From Bacteriovoracaceae bacterium (GTDB lineage Bacteria; Bdellovibrionota; Bacteriovoracia; Bacteriovoracales; Bacteriovoracaceae), in NCBI GenBank assembly GCA_049599895.1, contig JBMYPC010000052.1, positions 1 through 19,754 of the forward strand: a DNA stretch of 19,754 nucleotides, read 5' to 3'. The first letter of the stretch is position 1. Every line of letters starts with the position of its first letter. The translations under genes and the position numbers were made by a program. This document shows positions 1 to 9,756 of the stretch, piece after piece. Below the pieces are notes generated by a model. The model worked only from the letters and a program-made list of their open reading frames with translations. It ran no database searches and had not been told where the DNA came from.

Positions 1-22
1 TTCTATCCACTACACTTTTTTT

Positions 23-634
23 GTGTGCAATTTATTACCAATCACTCTTTTGTTTGCTCTCATAACACCTGATCTGTTCGCATCGAGAGGCTTTCACATT
101 GAAGAATTAGATATCCAACTTAATCGTACAAGCTTTCGAAAGTTCAAAAAAGGTATCGTCAGTTCTTATTCAAAAGTCGAGTCCTATGATCAGGATAAAA
201 CCATCCCAAAACAAAAACTCGATATGTATGTTTATGGCCTTCATCGCCGCAGCTGTACAATGGCCCTGCCAAAAATCTCTCTATATGAAAAGTTCAAAGA
301 TTATGTCGATATGATTGAAATTTCTGAATACGATGAAGAAAATGGGCGTATCAACCTTGTTATGAACCATAGTCTTCTGCCATTTCAAATGAGACTGAAT
401 TTTAAGCTTGAGAAAATTGATCGCCCAGGTCTTTATAAATTTGAATTCGATAAAGGCTTTTTAAAAGGTCTTCAAGGACAAATCCTTGCCAAAAAATATG
501 AAGGAAAATGCCTTCTTGCAGCAAGGGCCAAATACGACGGAAAAAAGTCTCATATCTCAGACTCCGTAATGGAAGTTTTCACAGAGACTCTCTCTCGAAT
601 TACTTTAGAAAGACTTATTGTTGTTTCTCGTTAA
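23..634 (+). CDS. Hypothetical protein, probably exported; C-terminal half possibly START/SRPBCC-like fold
   Basis: 203-aa ORF with a hydrophobic N-terminus (LLPITLLFALI..LFA). The C-terminal half has alternating beta-strand patterns and a terminal amphipathic helix. The frame is open back to the window edge, so the GTG start is uncertain. Confidence 0.6.
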   Translation: MCNLLPITLLFALITPDLFASRGFHIEELDIQLNRTSFRKFKKGIVSSYSKVESYDQDKTIPKQKLDMYVYGLHRRSCTMALPKISLYEKFKDYVDMIEISEYDEENGRINLVMNHSLLPFQMRLNFKLEKIDRPGLYKFEFDKGFLKGLQGQILAKKYEGKCLLAARAKYDGKKSHISDSVMEVFTETLSRITLERLIVVSR

Positions 635-739
635 AGGCAAAGCGTCACTCACAACCTTCTTTCCCTCTTTTCTTATAACTAGGATAGAGTTATAGTCCTA
701 TTGCCTCTAGACGCCCTAGAAACAGCTTAAGGAAAGTAA

Positions 740-1174
740 TTGCAAGTTTTAAGAATTAATCCAACTGACACCCTCCCCATCAGAAAACAGATGTTAAGGG
801 CCGACTTTCCAGAAGCTGAATGTGTCTTTGAAGGCGATGATGACGACTTAACATTTCATCTCGGTGGCTTTAAAGACAATAAACTTGTAAGTGTTGCTTC
901 ATTCTATCTGGTGAGACATCCTGAATTTGAAGAGGAAACTCAATACCAATTAAGAGGCATGGCCACTCTACCGGAATTTCAAAGCGCCGGTTTTAGCTCG
1001 GCTCTTTTAAAAACCGCCTTCCCAATCATTAAGCAAAACCAAGGAGATATCCTTTGGTGTAATGCTCGAACAAGTGCCCAAGGCTTTTATGAAAAAATTG
1101 GTTTTGAATGCCACTCAGATGTATTTGAAATTGAGACCGTAGGCCCTCATGTTCTTATGGCCTATTCTTTTTAG
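740..1174 (+). CDS. GNAT family N-acetyltransferase (YitI/ElaA-like)
   Basis: QLRGMATLPEFQSAGFSSALL acetyl-CoA motif A and WCNARTSAQGFYEKIGF motif B. TTG start preceded by AAGGA. Confidence 0.92.
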   Translation: MQVLRINPTDTLPIRKQMLRADFPEAECVFEGDDDDLTFHLGGFKDNKLVSVASFYLVRHPEFEEETQYQLRGMATLPEFQSAGFSSALLKTAFPIIKQNQGDILWCNARTSAQGFYEKIGFECHSDVFEIETVGPHVLMAYSF

Positions 1175-1640
1175 GAAAACAAAAAGACTTATCCACAACC
1201 CTATGCACGAGCTCTTTTTGTTTTTTAAAGCATTCCTCTTGCGTGGTATAGGCCCTTAAAGGCGCACAGCTAAACTTTAAGCTTTGGTTTTCTGTTTCTT
1301 GAGCGACTCTCTTTTCACAATCGGCATAGTTCTCTTGCCTTACACAGGCAAAATGCCTTGAAATACAATCATAAATGAGAAACGAGCCACGATGATATTT
1401 AAGGCTAATAGGAGGTCCAACTCTGAGCTCATACTCCAGTGACCCATCACCTACAAAGTCTTCAGCCTTTTTGGTTTTCAATCGATCAAAATCTTCTTTT
1501 TTTCGGTAGAACTCGTCATCCACAAGACTCTTCTTGGTACGAGCTTCTTTCTTAGAACCGCCCTCTTCAAAAAGTACCTGAGCGCAACATACTGTAAAAC
1601 TGCTAAAAAATAGAATTAGATATATGACGAATCTCTGCAT
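1155..1640 (-). CDS. Hypothetical secreted Cys-rich protein
   Basis: Start moved from 1676 to ATG 1640, which gives a signal peptide MQRFVIYLILFFSSFTVCCA. The mature region has six Cys. Overlaps the 3' end of the GNAT gene by 20 bp. Confidence 0.7.
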   Translation of the reverse strand: MQRFVIYLILFFSSFTVCCAQVLFEEGGSKKEARTKKSLVDDEFYRKKEDFDRLKTKKAEDFVGDGSLEYELRVGPPISLKYHRGSFLIYDCISRHFACVRQENYADCEKRVAQETENQSLKFSCAPLRAYTTQEECFKKQKELVHRVVDKSFCFPKKNRP

Positions 1641-1693
1641 TATAGTTATAGTACACTCAATAAACGAGATCCCCAAGTTTTAAAGAGAAGGCC

Positions 1694-3478
1694 ATGGAGC
1701 AGATTAAATTTAATCCCTTAAGTCAGATTTTTGCAAAAACCGTTGCAAATAAAGTTAAAGAACTCTTTAGCGATGCTGAAGTGAATGTTGATGAGCTAAC
1801 GATGGAACTCTATCGACAAGTTAATGATGCCCCTAATTTTCAATTGGGACATCAGGCATTGGCCCTCTTTCCCCTTGCAAAGCTTCTCAAGCTCAATCCG
1901 GCCAAAGCTTCAAATGATCTTAAAGTTGAGCTTTCAAAAGAACTCGATACCAATGTTTTTGAAAAACTTGAAGCGAAAGGCCCTTACCTCAATGCGTTTT
2001 ATAACCCAAACTTTCTTCTTAAAAGTTTGATGAATGATTTTAAAAATCTTCACAACCCTTTAATGAAAGACGCCCCTAAGACCATGGTTGAATACTCTCA
2101 GCCCAATACTCATAAGGTTCTCCATGTAGGCCATATGAGAAACCTTTGCATGGGAAATTCTCTCGTTAAAATTCTCCGCCACACAGGCTATCCGGTTATC
2201 TCTGCCACCTACCCTGGTGATGTAGGAACTCATGTGGCGAAATGTCTTTGGTATGTTAAGAAAAATAACCTCTCACCAGAAGCTGGCGAGGATAAGGGTG
2301 AATGGCTTGGGAAAATATACACTCTGGCCAATACTCTTCTTGAAGATGAAAAAGGCACAGATAAAGAAGATCAAAACCGAATTGAACTCACTGCCATTTT
2401 AAAAGAACTTCACGATGGCAGTGGTGAGTACTTTGATCTTTGGAAAGAAACCAGAGAATGGTCCCTCACTCTGATGAAAAAAGCCTACGGCTATGCTGAC
2501 GTAGAGTTTGATCGCTGGTTTTTCGAATCAGAAGTGGATGCCCCTTCTTTAAGCTTTGTGCAAAAACTTTACGATGAAGGCACTCTCGTCAAAGATGATG
2601 GCGCCATTGGTATGGACTTGAGTGAAGACAAGTTAGGCTTTTGTCTTCTTATTAAATCTGATGGCACAGGCCTTTATTCAACAAAAGACGTTGAGCTTGC
2701 TCGTTTAAAGTTTGAAGAGTTTAAAGTTCAAAAAAATATCTATGTGGTTGATAACCGTCAAAGTTATCACTTTAAACAAGTTTTTAAAGTCCTTGAAAAA
2801 ATCGGCTTTGAACAGGCCAAAGACTGCTTTCACCTTGCCTATGAAATGGTTGAACTATCTGATGGTGCCATGAGTTCGCGAAAAGGAAATATCGTTAATC
2901 TTATGGACCTCATCCATAATATGGAAAAAACCATTCGTAGTCGTATTGTGGAAAATGCAAAGAACTCAGACGCGCAAACTTGGACAGAACAAGAGATTGA
3001 TGAAACCGCTCATATGATCGCTGACGGGGCCATCAAATATGGAATGCTTCGCTTTGATAATAATCGAAAGATTGTTTTTGAAATGGAGGAATGGCTTAAT
3101 CTTGATGGGGAAACAGGTCCCTATCTTCAATATGTTCACGCAAGAATCAACTCAATCCTTGGAAAGGCAGGGCATTTAAACCTTAGGGAAATAAACGAAG
3201 ACGTTTTAACAAAACCAAAAGAAATTCAACTTCTTTTAAAACTGAACTCGTTTAACGATATCATTCTCCGCTCAGCAGAGACAATGAAGACCCTTCATCT
3301 CACGGGATATCTTTTTGAACTTGGAAAACTCTATAATAGTTTCTATGCTGAACATTCAGTTTTGAATGCTCAGACAGAAGAGCTTAAAACCGCAAGACTT
3401 AATCTTTGTTTAATGACAAAAGAGACCATGAAAAAAGGGCTTGAGCTTCTTGGGATTAAAGCGCCGAATAAGATGTAA
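1694..3478 (+). CDS. argS: Arginine--tRNA ligase
   Basis: VEYSQPNTHKVLHVGHMRN (HIGH motif), KSDGTGLYSTKD, AMSSRKG (KMSKS-like), GETGPYLQYVHARINSIL and a C-terminal DALR anticodon-binding domain ending GLELLGIKAPNKM. Confidence 0.98.
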   Translation: MEQIKFNPLSQIFAKTVANKVKELFSDAEVNVDELTMELYRQVNDAPNFQLGHQALALFPLAKLLKLNPAKASNDLKVELSKELDTNVFEKLEAKGPYLNAFYNPNFLLKSLMNDFKNLHNPLMKDAPKTMVEYSQPNTHKVLHVGHMRNLCMGNSLVKILRHTGYPVISATYPGDVGTHVAKCLWYVKKNNLSPEAGEDKGEWLGKIYTLANTLLEDEKGTDKEDQNRIELTAILKELHDGSGEYFDLWKETREWSLTLMKKAYGYADVEFDRWFFESEVDAPSLSFVQKLYDEGTLVKDDGAIGMDLSEDKLGFCLLIKSDGTGLYSTKDVELARLKFEEFKVQKNIYVVDNRQSYHFKQVFKVLEKIGFEQAKDCFHLAYEMVELSDGAMSSRKGNIVNLMDLIHNMEKTIRSRIVENAKNSDAQTWTEQEIDETAHMIADGAIKYGMLRFDNNRKIVFEMEEWLNLDGETGPYLQYVHARINSILGKAGHLNLREINEDVLTKPKEIQLLLKLNSFNDIILRSAETMKTLHLTGYLFELGKLYNSFYAEHSVLNAQTEELKTARLNLCLMTKETMKKGLELLGIKAPNKM

Positions 3479-3489
3479 CACCTGAGAAT

Positions 3490-4404
3490 CTAGAGAACAG
3501 ACTTAATAAAAAAGAATTGTCCTTGTCTTGATAGACCTAAACTTTCAGTAAAATAGGTTACTGCTAAAATAAGAACAATAACCCCCACCCATTTGATATA
3601 TTGTTTCGTCTCACTTTCATTAGAAAAAAGCGCGACAATCATTCCTAAAGCAAGCCCTACCCCATGAGCCGTGTTGGCAATTGGCCCCAAAATCCCAGTG
3701 AGACAAAGAACAAACCAACCAATCATAAGCATAATATCTCGTTTTGGCAGACCAAAAGGATATTCGGGATCTAAGCTTCTTTTGACCCAGAGATAACCTA
3801 AAAGCCCATAAACCACGCCCGAAAGACCACCAAACTTTGGTCCCAAAACGGCGTATTGAGCAAAATTAGAGATCACTCCTATACAGAGAATAAGAAAAAA
3901 GAAGTTTCGACTTCCTAAGGTATTTTCAAAAATCTTTGAAAGGTCTTTCATCCAAAGACAGTTAAAAAGAATATGAAAAATTGAAAAATGAAGAAAGATA
4001 GGAGTTAAAATTCGCCAAATCTCTCCTCTTTGAATCTCAGGAATAAACTCAGTTTGAGAGTTTGAAAAATAAAGAAGGTCCACAAAGCCTCTAAGGCTTG
4101 GCATCAAAAGACAAATGAAACAAAAGATTGAAAAGAAAACACAAAACTTTCCAACAGGTAAAAGTCTTAAGGCCTTTAACCGAAGCCATTCTTCAGGGAT
4201 TTCAATGGGCTTTGGGGGGGCCAGACCCATCACTTCAAGGTAAATTTTCTGCGCCTCTTCTAAGTTTTCTTGATCAATGACAAGGAGAAAGAAAGCATTT
4301 TCATTGGGATCCTGTTTAATTTCAAAGCTTATTCCCTTTTCCTGAAAGGTCGACTGGAACAGCTCTTTATAACTTTCATCTCTAAAATGACCGACGAGAA
4401 ACAT
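3490..4404 (-). CDS. glpG: Rhomboid family intramembrane serine protease (GlpG-like, with soluble N-terminal domain)
   Basis: GEIWRILTPIFLHFSIFHILFN, catalytic GLSGVVYGL and ANTAHGVGLALG. Start moved to ATG 4404, which has AGGA upstream; the extension to 4515 is poly-A/T intergenic-like sequence. Confidence 0.9.
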   Translation of the reverse strand: MFLVGHFRDESYKELFQSTFQEKGISFEIKQDPNENAFFLLVIDQENLEEAQKIYLEVMGLAPPKPIEIPEEWLRLKALRLLPVGKFCVFFSIFCFICLLMPSLRGFVDLLYFSNSQTEFIPEIQRGEIWRILTPIFLHFSIFHILFNCLWMKDLSKIFENTLGSRNFFFLILCIGVISNFAQYAVLGPKFGGLSGVVYGLLGYLWVKRSLDPEYPFGLPKRDIMLMIGWFVLCLTGILGPIANTAHGVGLALGMIVALFSNESETKQYIKWVGVIVLILAVTYFTESLGLSRQGQFFFIKSVL

Positions 4405-4572
4405 CGTTAAATTCCTATTTTCAATCAGATACTTATGCAAAAATGAGAGAAAAAAATTAAAGAAAAAAATCTTAACGACTTTAACTTTTTTCACCGAATA
4501 GCCTAACAATGGCAAAAAAATACCATCTCAGCAATTGCAACCGTAAGCATACCAGATGTTCAGGAGAAAAGC

Positions 4573-4821
4573 ATGAGTGACAGCTATCAAATGGTTTTAG
4601 ACCGCCTAAGTATGATCCTTCAAACCCGTGATCCGGAAAGTGAAATGTCAGTTCTTGCTGAGCTTCAACAAGAAATGCAACCTCATCTTTCAATGCAAGC
4701 AGCCTACGACCTTGTGATTATTGGAATCATAAAGACTTACGAAGATTATGACCTCGATTTCTGGTGGTCAAAATATGTTGAAGAAAGAGAGGGTATCGAT
4801 AAAAAATCTGGTGCGGCTTAA
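4573..4821 (+). CDS. Small acidic hypothetical protein (82 aa)
   Basis: Strong AGGAG ribosome-binding site before the ATG. Fills the gap between glpG and the desaturase and ends 2 bp from the convergent gene. Confidence 0.75.
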   Translation: MSDSYQMVLDRLSMILQTRDPESEMSVLAELQQEMQPHLSMQAAYDLVIIGIIKTYEDYDLDFWWSKYVEEREGIDKKSGAA

Positions 4822-4823
4822 GC

Positions 4824-5600
4824 TTAAGAGAATGGGTCTTTAAGACCTGAGAAGAAGCCTGTAACCATTCTCCCTCTTACTCCCAAATCTTGGTGACGAA
4901 TTTGATGATCACTCTTTTTAACAAAACTTCCAAAAATTCGATCCCAAATATTTAAAAGAAATCCAAAGTTTTTATTTTGAAAATGAGAATCCGTAAAGTG
5001 ATGAATATAATGCATTCGAGGAGTCACAAATAAAAGACTTAAAATACGCTCAATACTCCCTGTGATTCGAATATTTGAATGAGAAAACAGAGAACCAAAA
5101 AGAAGATACACTTCAAAGGTGAGATAAACTTCATAGGGAATCCCAAAAAGAAAACAAACGAAGATCTTATAAATAGTTGAAAAAAGAATTTCTAACGGAT
5201 GAAACCTAAGGCCTGTAGTCACATCCATCTTCCGATCGGTATGGTGAAGTCTGTGAATTTTCCAAAGAGCGTCCACCTGGTGCATTAAGCGATGTTGAAA
5301 ATAAAGTAAAAGATCGAGGATCAATAATCCTATAAGAAAGCTTCCTGGAAGCCACTGAAGAAAACTCCCCATCAAAGTCTTTCCTGCAAGAATCTTCTGC
5401 CAATTAAGAAATGGCAAAATCACCGAAAAACTCATCCAAACCAGAAAATTGCCAAGACCTATAAGACCAAGATGAAGAAACAGACCTTTTAGAAAATCAA
5501 GGCCATAGCGCGAGCTTCTCCTCCAGGGAAACTTCCACTGCAAGAATGAAAGAATCAGAAGAATGATAATAAAACTAGAAAACTTTGAATCCATAATCAA
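4824..5600 (-). CDS. Sterol desaturase / fatty acid hydroxylase superfamily membrane protein
   Basis: His boxes HRLMH, HRLHH, HSN and HYIHH, plus RFHPLE and NFGFLLNIWDRIFGS; several transmembrane segments. Start is either TTG 5600 or ATG 5594. Confidence 0.92.
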   Translation of the reverse strand: MIMDSKFSSFIIILLILSFLQWKFPWRRSSRYGLDFLKGLFLHLGLIGLGNFLVWMSFSVILPFLNWQKILAGKTLMGSFLQWLPGSFLIGLLILDLLLYFQHRLMHQVDALWKIHRLHHTDRKMDVTTGLRFHPLEILFSTIYKIFVCFLFGIPYEVYLTFEVYLLFGSLFSHSNIRITGSIERILSLLFVTPRMHYIHHFTDSHFQNKNFGFLLNIWDRIFGSFVKKSDHQIRHQDLGVRGRMVTGFFSGLKDPFS

Positions 5601-5786
5601 AATGATAGACCAACACCTCTAGCTTCGAGAACTGAAATTCATCAAAAAATCTCCTTTGGACGAGCTCAGACACGACGCATCCTACCTTTGCCTAAGTATA
5701 ATTAGGTATTTTTTTGGCCTATTTCCAATTTTTCAAGTAAACCTAGATTTATCAAAAGCTTATACATAACAACCGAGAGGACTGCT

Positions 5787-6275
5787 TTGATTAAATTAAG
5801 CAAGAAAATCGAATATTCGCTCATGGCGTTAAAGTACATGTCTTCTAAACCAGAAGGCCATCTTGTAACGGTACGAGAGATCTGTGATGATCTTAAAATT
5901 CCTTTCGACACTGTTTCAAAAGTGATGCAAAACCTCAACAACAACGACCTCTTAAGTTCAGTGAAAGGAACGAGAGGTGGTTACACAATTGTGAAGGATT
6001 TAAGAAAAGTTTCTTTTTCAGATCTTTCTGAAATTGTTGAAGGTAAGAAAAACACCATGTCTTGCTTGACAAGCAAAGGAACTCTCTGTGAGCTCCACGA
6101 TCACTGCAATGTTATAGGCCCTATTGATCATCTAAGCCGAAAGGTTGCAGAGCTTCTCTCAAAGCTCTCAATTCAAGAAATCCTTTTTGGTGAAAATACT
6201 GAAACTTGCCCAATCGATATGATGGGCATGACCTCAAAGACTCTAGAAACAGAGAAGGAAATTGTCCATGACTGA
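5787..6275 (+). CDS. Rrf2 family transcriptional regulator (IscR/SufR-like)
   Basis: Winged-HTH pattern (EYSLMAL...VREIC...SKVMQNL...SVKGTRGGY) and a Cys cluster [19 protein letters not shown] before a TTG start. First gene of the suf operon. Confidence 0.93.
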   Translation: MIKLSKKIEYSLMALKYMSSKPEGHLVTVREICDDLKIPFDTVSKVMQNLNNNDLLSSVKGTRGGYTIVKDLRKVSFSDLSEIVEGKKNTMSCLTSKGTLCELHDHCNVIGPIDHLSRKVAELLSKLSIQEILFGENTETCPIDMMGMTSKTLETEKEIVHD

Positions 6276-7719
6276 TAAAAACACCGAATACAAACCAGAA
6301 GACGCAGTCAATGAAGAGTATAAATACGGTTTTTATACGGACATTGAAGTTGAAGAATTTCCTAAAGGTCTGAGCGAAGACATCATTAAACTCCTCTCTC
6401 AGAAAAAAAATGAACCTGAGTGGATGCTTGAATACCGTCTCAAGTGCTATAGACAGTGGCTTAAAATGAAAGAGCCATCCTGGGCGAAGCTTGATTATCC
6501 TAAGATCGATTTTAATGACCTTTATTACTACGCCGCTCCCAAGAAAAAAGAGTCTCCTAAAAGCTTAGATGAGATTGATCCTGAACTTCTTGAAACTTTT
6601 GAGAAACTAGGAATTCCTTTATCTGAACAAAAAAGAATTACCGGTGTCGCAGTTGATGCCGTCTTTGACAGTGTAAGCGTCGCCACAACTTACAAAGAAG
6701 ACCTCGAAAAAGTCGGAGTTATTTTTTGCTCTATTTCTGAAGCGATTCAAGACTATCCTGATCTAGTGAAAAAATACCTTGGGACAGTTGTTCCCGCAGC
6801 TGACAACTTCTATGCGGCCCTTAACTCAGCGGTTTTCTCAGATGGAAGCTTTGTTTATATTCCTAAGGGTGTGACCTGTCCGATGGACCTTTCCACCTAC
6901 TTTCGAATCAACGCTAAAGAAACCGGACAATTTGAAAGGACTCTTATCATTGCTGATGAAGGTTCTTATGTGAACTATCTCGAAGGTTGTACGGCCCCAC
7001 AAAGAGATGAAAATCAACTTCATGCTGCTATCGTCGAAATCATCGCCCTTGATGATGCAGAAGTTAAATATTCCACAGTTCAAAACTGGTACGCCGGTAA
7101 CAAAGAAGGAAAAGGTGGAGTCTATAACTTTGTGACAAAAAGAGGAAACTGCTTAGGAAAAAACTCAAAAATCTCTTGGACTCAAGTCGAAGCTGGCTCC
7201 GCGATCACATGGAAATACCCAAGCTGTAACCTTATCGGTGACAACTCTCAAGGTGCCTTCTACTCAGTGGCCCTGACCAATAATCTCATGCAAGCCGATA
7301 CTGGAACCAAGATGATCCACATTGGAAAAAACACCAAAAGTACTATCATCTCAAAAGGAATCTCAGCTGATCGCTCAGAAAACAATTATCGAGGTCTTGT
7401 GAAGGTTATGCCTTCAGCAAAAGGGGCAAGAAACTATAGCCAATGTGATTCTATGCTTGTGGGTGATAAATGTTCGGCCAACACTTTCCCCTATATTGAT
7501 GTTAAAAACCCAGAAGCGACAGTCGAACACGAAGCCTCCACAAGTAAGATCTCTGAAGATCAGCTTTTCTATCTTCAATCAAGAGGCCTTGATACAGAAA
7601 AGTGTATTTCAATGATCGTGAATGGTTTCTGTGAAGATGTCTTTAAGACTCTTCCTCTAGAATTCTCAGTCGAAGCTGTAAAACTTATTGAAATGAAACT
7701 CGAAAATTCAATCGGATAA
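6268..7719 (+). CDS. sufB: Fe-S cluster assembly protein SufB
   Basis: [49 protein letters not shown] and [19 protein letters not shown] 6268 is better spaced from AAGGA than TTG 6262. Confidence 0.98.
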   Translation: MTDKNTEYKPEDAVNEEYKYGFYTDIEVEEFPKGLSEDIIKLLSQKKNEPEWMLEYRLKCYRQWLKMKEPSWAKLDYPKIDFNDLYYYAAPKKKESPKSLDEIDPELLETFEKLGIPLSEQKRITGVAVDAVFDSVSVATTYKEDLEKVGVIFCSISEAIQDYPDLVKKYLGTVVPAADNFYAALNSAVFSDGSFVYIPKGVTCPMDLSTYFRINAKETGQFERTLIIADEGSYVNYLEGCTAPQRDENQLHAAIVEIIALDDAEVKYSTVQNWYAGNKEGKGGVYNFVTKRGNCLGKNSKISWTQVEAGSAITWKYPSCNLIGDNSQGAFYSVALTNNLMQADTGTKMIHIGKNTKSTIISKGISADRSENNYRGLVKVMPSAKGARNYSQCDSMLVGDKCSANTFPYIDVKNPEATVEHEASTSKISEDQLFYLQSRGLDTEKCISMIVNGFCEDVFKTLPLEFSVEAVKLIEMKLENSIG

Positions 7720-7729
7720 AGGAAACATT

Positions 7730-8482
7730 ATGCTCTCAATTAAAGATCTCCATGTAGAAGTTGAAGGTCAAGAAATACTCAAAGGTATCGACTTTGAAGT
7801 CAAGCCAGGTGAAGTCCACGCCATTATGGGACCCAACGGATCAGGAAAAAGTACCCTCTCAAAAATTATTGCAGGCCATCCAAGCTATGAAAAAACCAGT
7901 GGTGAAATTCAATTTGAGATCAACCGTAAAACTGTTGATCTTGATGAAATGGAACCCTATGAAAGGGCCTTAAACGGAATATTCTTAGGTTTTCAATATC
8001 CAGTGGAAATCCCAGGGGTGAGTAACCTTCATTTTCTCCAGGAATCTTATAATCAGCTTTGTAAGCACCATGGAACTTCTCAAATGGAAGAAGAAGAGTT
8101 TCGAAAGTTTATTGGATCAAAGCTTGAGCTTCTTAAAATGGACGCCACATTCTTAGACCGTTCACTGAACTCAGGATTCTCAGGTGGAGAAAAGAAAAAG
8201 AATGAGATACTGCAAATGGCGATTCTCAATCCCAAACTTGCCCTTCTCGATGAAACCGACTCTGGTCTTGATATTGATGCCCTTAAAGTTGTGGCAGAAG
8301 GAGTGAACTCTCTTAAATCAAAGCATAACGCTATTGTCCTCGTGACTCATTACCAAAGACTTCTTAACTATATTCAACCAGATTACGTTCACGTGATTTC
8401 TGATGGGAAAATTATCAAGTCAGGAGATAAATCTTTAGCACTTGAACTTGAATCGAAAGGTTATGACTGGCTCGTTCAGTAG
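7730..8482 (+). CDS. sufC: Fe-S cluster assembly ATPase SufC
   Basis: Walker A GPNGSGKST, FQYPVEIPGV, FSGGEKK signature, LDETDSGLDIDAL and THYQRLL. Confidence 0.98.
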   Translation: MLSIKDLHVEVEGQEILKGIDFEVKPGEVHAIMGPNGSGKSTLSKIIAGHPSYEKTSGEIQFEINRKTVDLDEMEPYERALNGIFLGFQYPVEIPGVSNLHFLQESYNQLCKHHGTSQMEEEEFRKFIGSKLELLKMDATFLDRSLNSGFSGGEKKKNEILQMAILNPKLALLDETDSGLDIDALKVVAEGVNSLKSKHNAIVLVTHYQRLLNYIQPDYVHVISDGKIIKSGDKSLALELESKGYDWLVQ

Positions 8483-8511
8483 TCATCAAAGAAAAACTTA
8501 AAGAGAAACTT

Positions 8512-9756
8512 ATGGAAAAAACCACTCAAAGTGAAAACTACACACAGTCATTAAAAGAAAGCTTTAAAACCAAGCTTCCCCCTGACTTTACGTTTACAAT
8601 GCCGACTCAAAAGATTGAGCAGTGGAAATACACTTCCCTAGCAAAGTTTTTACCAGAGACTCTTGATCTCAACGAATCAGAGACTAAACTCAAAACAGAG
8701 TTCATTAAAAAACTTGGGATACCTTCTTTAGTCTTCATTAACGGCAAACTTGATGAAGAAAACTCAACATACAAAGACTCAAAAGACCTCAGCATTGAAA
8801 TTAAAGAAAACAATGATTTTAGCGAGTCTAAACATTTAAGTGATTATCAAGAGCTTCAAAAGCTTAATGCGATTGCCGCTCAAAAAACGATCTCAATAAC
8901 TCTTAAGAACTCTTGTGCAGACCTTGCCCTTCAGCTTTTCAAATCACATGAAAGTTCCGCAGCATGGAACTTCCCTCGTTTTGAGATTAAGCTTGAGCGT
9001 TCTCAGGAACTCAAGGTTTTTGAAATTAATGAGTCAACGAGTACTGGAGAATCAGAAACCCTAACGACTCTTTCTCACTTCAACATTCACCAAAGTGAAA
9101 ACTCGTCATTAGCTTGGGAAGTTCTAAAAGCCGATAGCAATAATTCAAACTCTATCGTTTCAAGAAACTTCACTCTTTTAAGAAATGCAAGGTTAAATCT
9201 TGCTCAAGCATTTTTAAGTTCAAAACTCTCACGCAATGACATTGTTGTTTCTTTTGAAGGTGAAAATGCCACAGCAAACCTTAAAGGGTTCTACCTCACA
9301 AAAGAAGCTCAACATCACGATTCCTGTATTGTCATGAATCACAACACTTCTCAAACTTATAGTTCAGTTGAATATAAAGGAATCCTTTCAGGTGCCTCAA
9401 GAGCAGTCTTTAATAGTCTTGTTCATATTAAACAGGACGCTCAACAGGTGGACTCAAACCAGCTCAATAAAAATATTCTTCTTTCAAAGAAGGCCCACGT
9501 TGATACAAGACCACAGCTTCTGGTTTATGCCGATGATGTCAAAGCTGCTCATGGTGCTACCGTCGGGAAGATTGACCCAGAAGAGCTTTTCTATCTTGAA
9601 TCAAGAGGGATTTCTGAGGATATCGCAAAGAAAATGCTTCTCAATGGATACTTTGAAGAAATGATGGATGTTTTGCACACAGACATTTGGCATGAAATGA
9701 AGCATCAATTCATCACCACAGCTCTTCTCGGGCTAGAAGAAGAAACGAATGATTGA
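8512..9756 (+). CDS. sufD: Fe-S cluster assembly protein SufD
   Basis: EQWKYT, NKNILLS, DTRPQLLVYADDVKAAHGATVG and LFYLESRGI; lies between sufC and sufS. Confidence 0.95.
   Translation: MEKTTQSENYTQSLKESFKTKLPPDFTFTMPTQKIEQWKYTSLAKFLPETLDLNESETKLKTEFIKKLGIPSLVFINGKLDEENSTYKDSKDLSIEIKENNDFSESKHLSDYQELQKLNAIAAQKTISITLKNSCADLALQLFKSHESSAAWNFPRFEIKLERSQELKVFEINESTSTGESETLTTLSHFNIHQSENSSLAWEVLKADSNNSNSIVSRNFTLLRNARLNLAQAFLSSKLSRNDIVVSFEGENATANLKGFYLTKEAQHHDSCIVMNHNTSQTYSSVEYKGILSGASRAVFNSLVHIKQDAQQVDSNQLNKNILLSKKAHVDTRPQLLVYADDVKAAHGATVGKIDPEELFYLESRGISEDIAKKMLLNGYFEEMMDVLHTDIWHEMKHQFITTALLGLEEETND

Noticed and set aside
674..694. Inverted repeat TATAACT-N7-AGTTATA upstream of the GNAT gene
   Set aside because: A short AT-rich repeat expected by chance. 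Its spacing differs from the 11557 repeat, so a shared motif is not supported.
4405..4515. N-terminal extension of the rhomboid ORF
   Set aside because: Low-complexity translation of poly-T/A sequence; a better start with an RBS exists at 4404.
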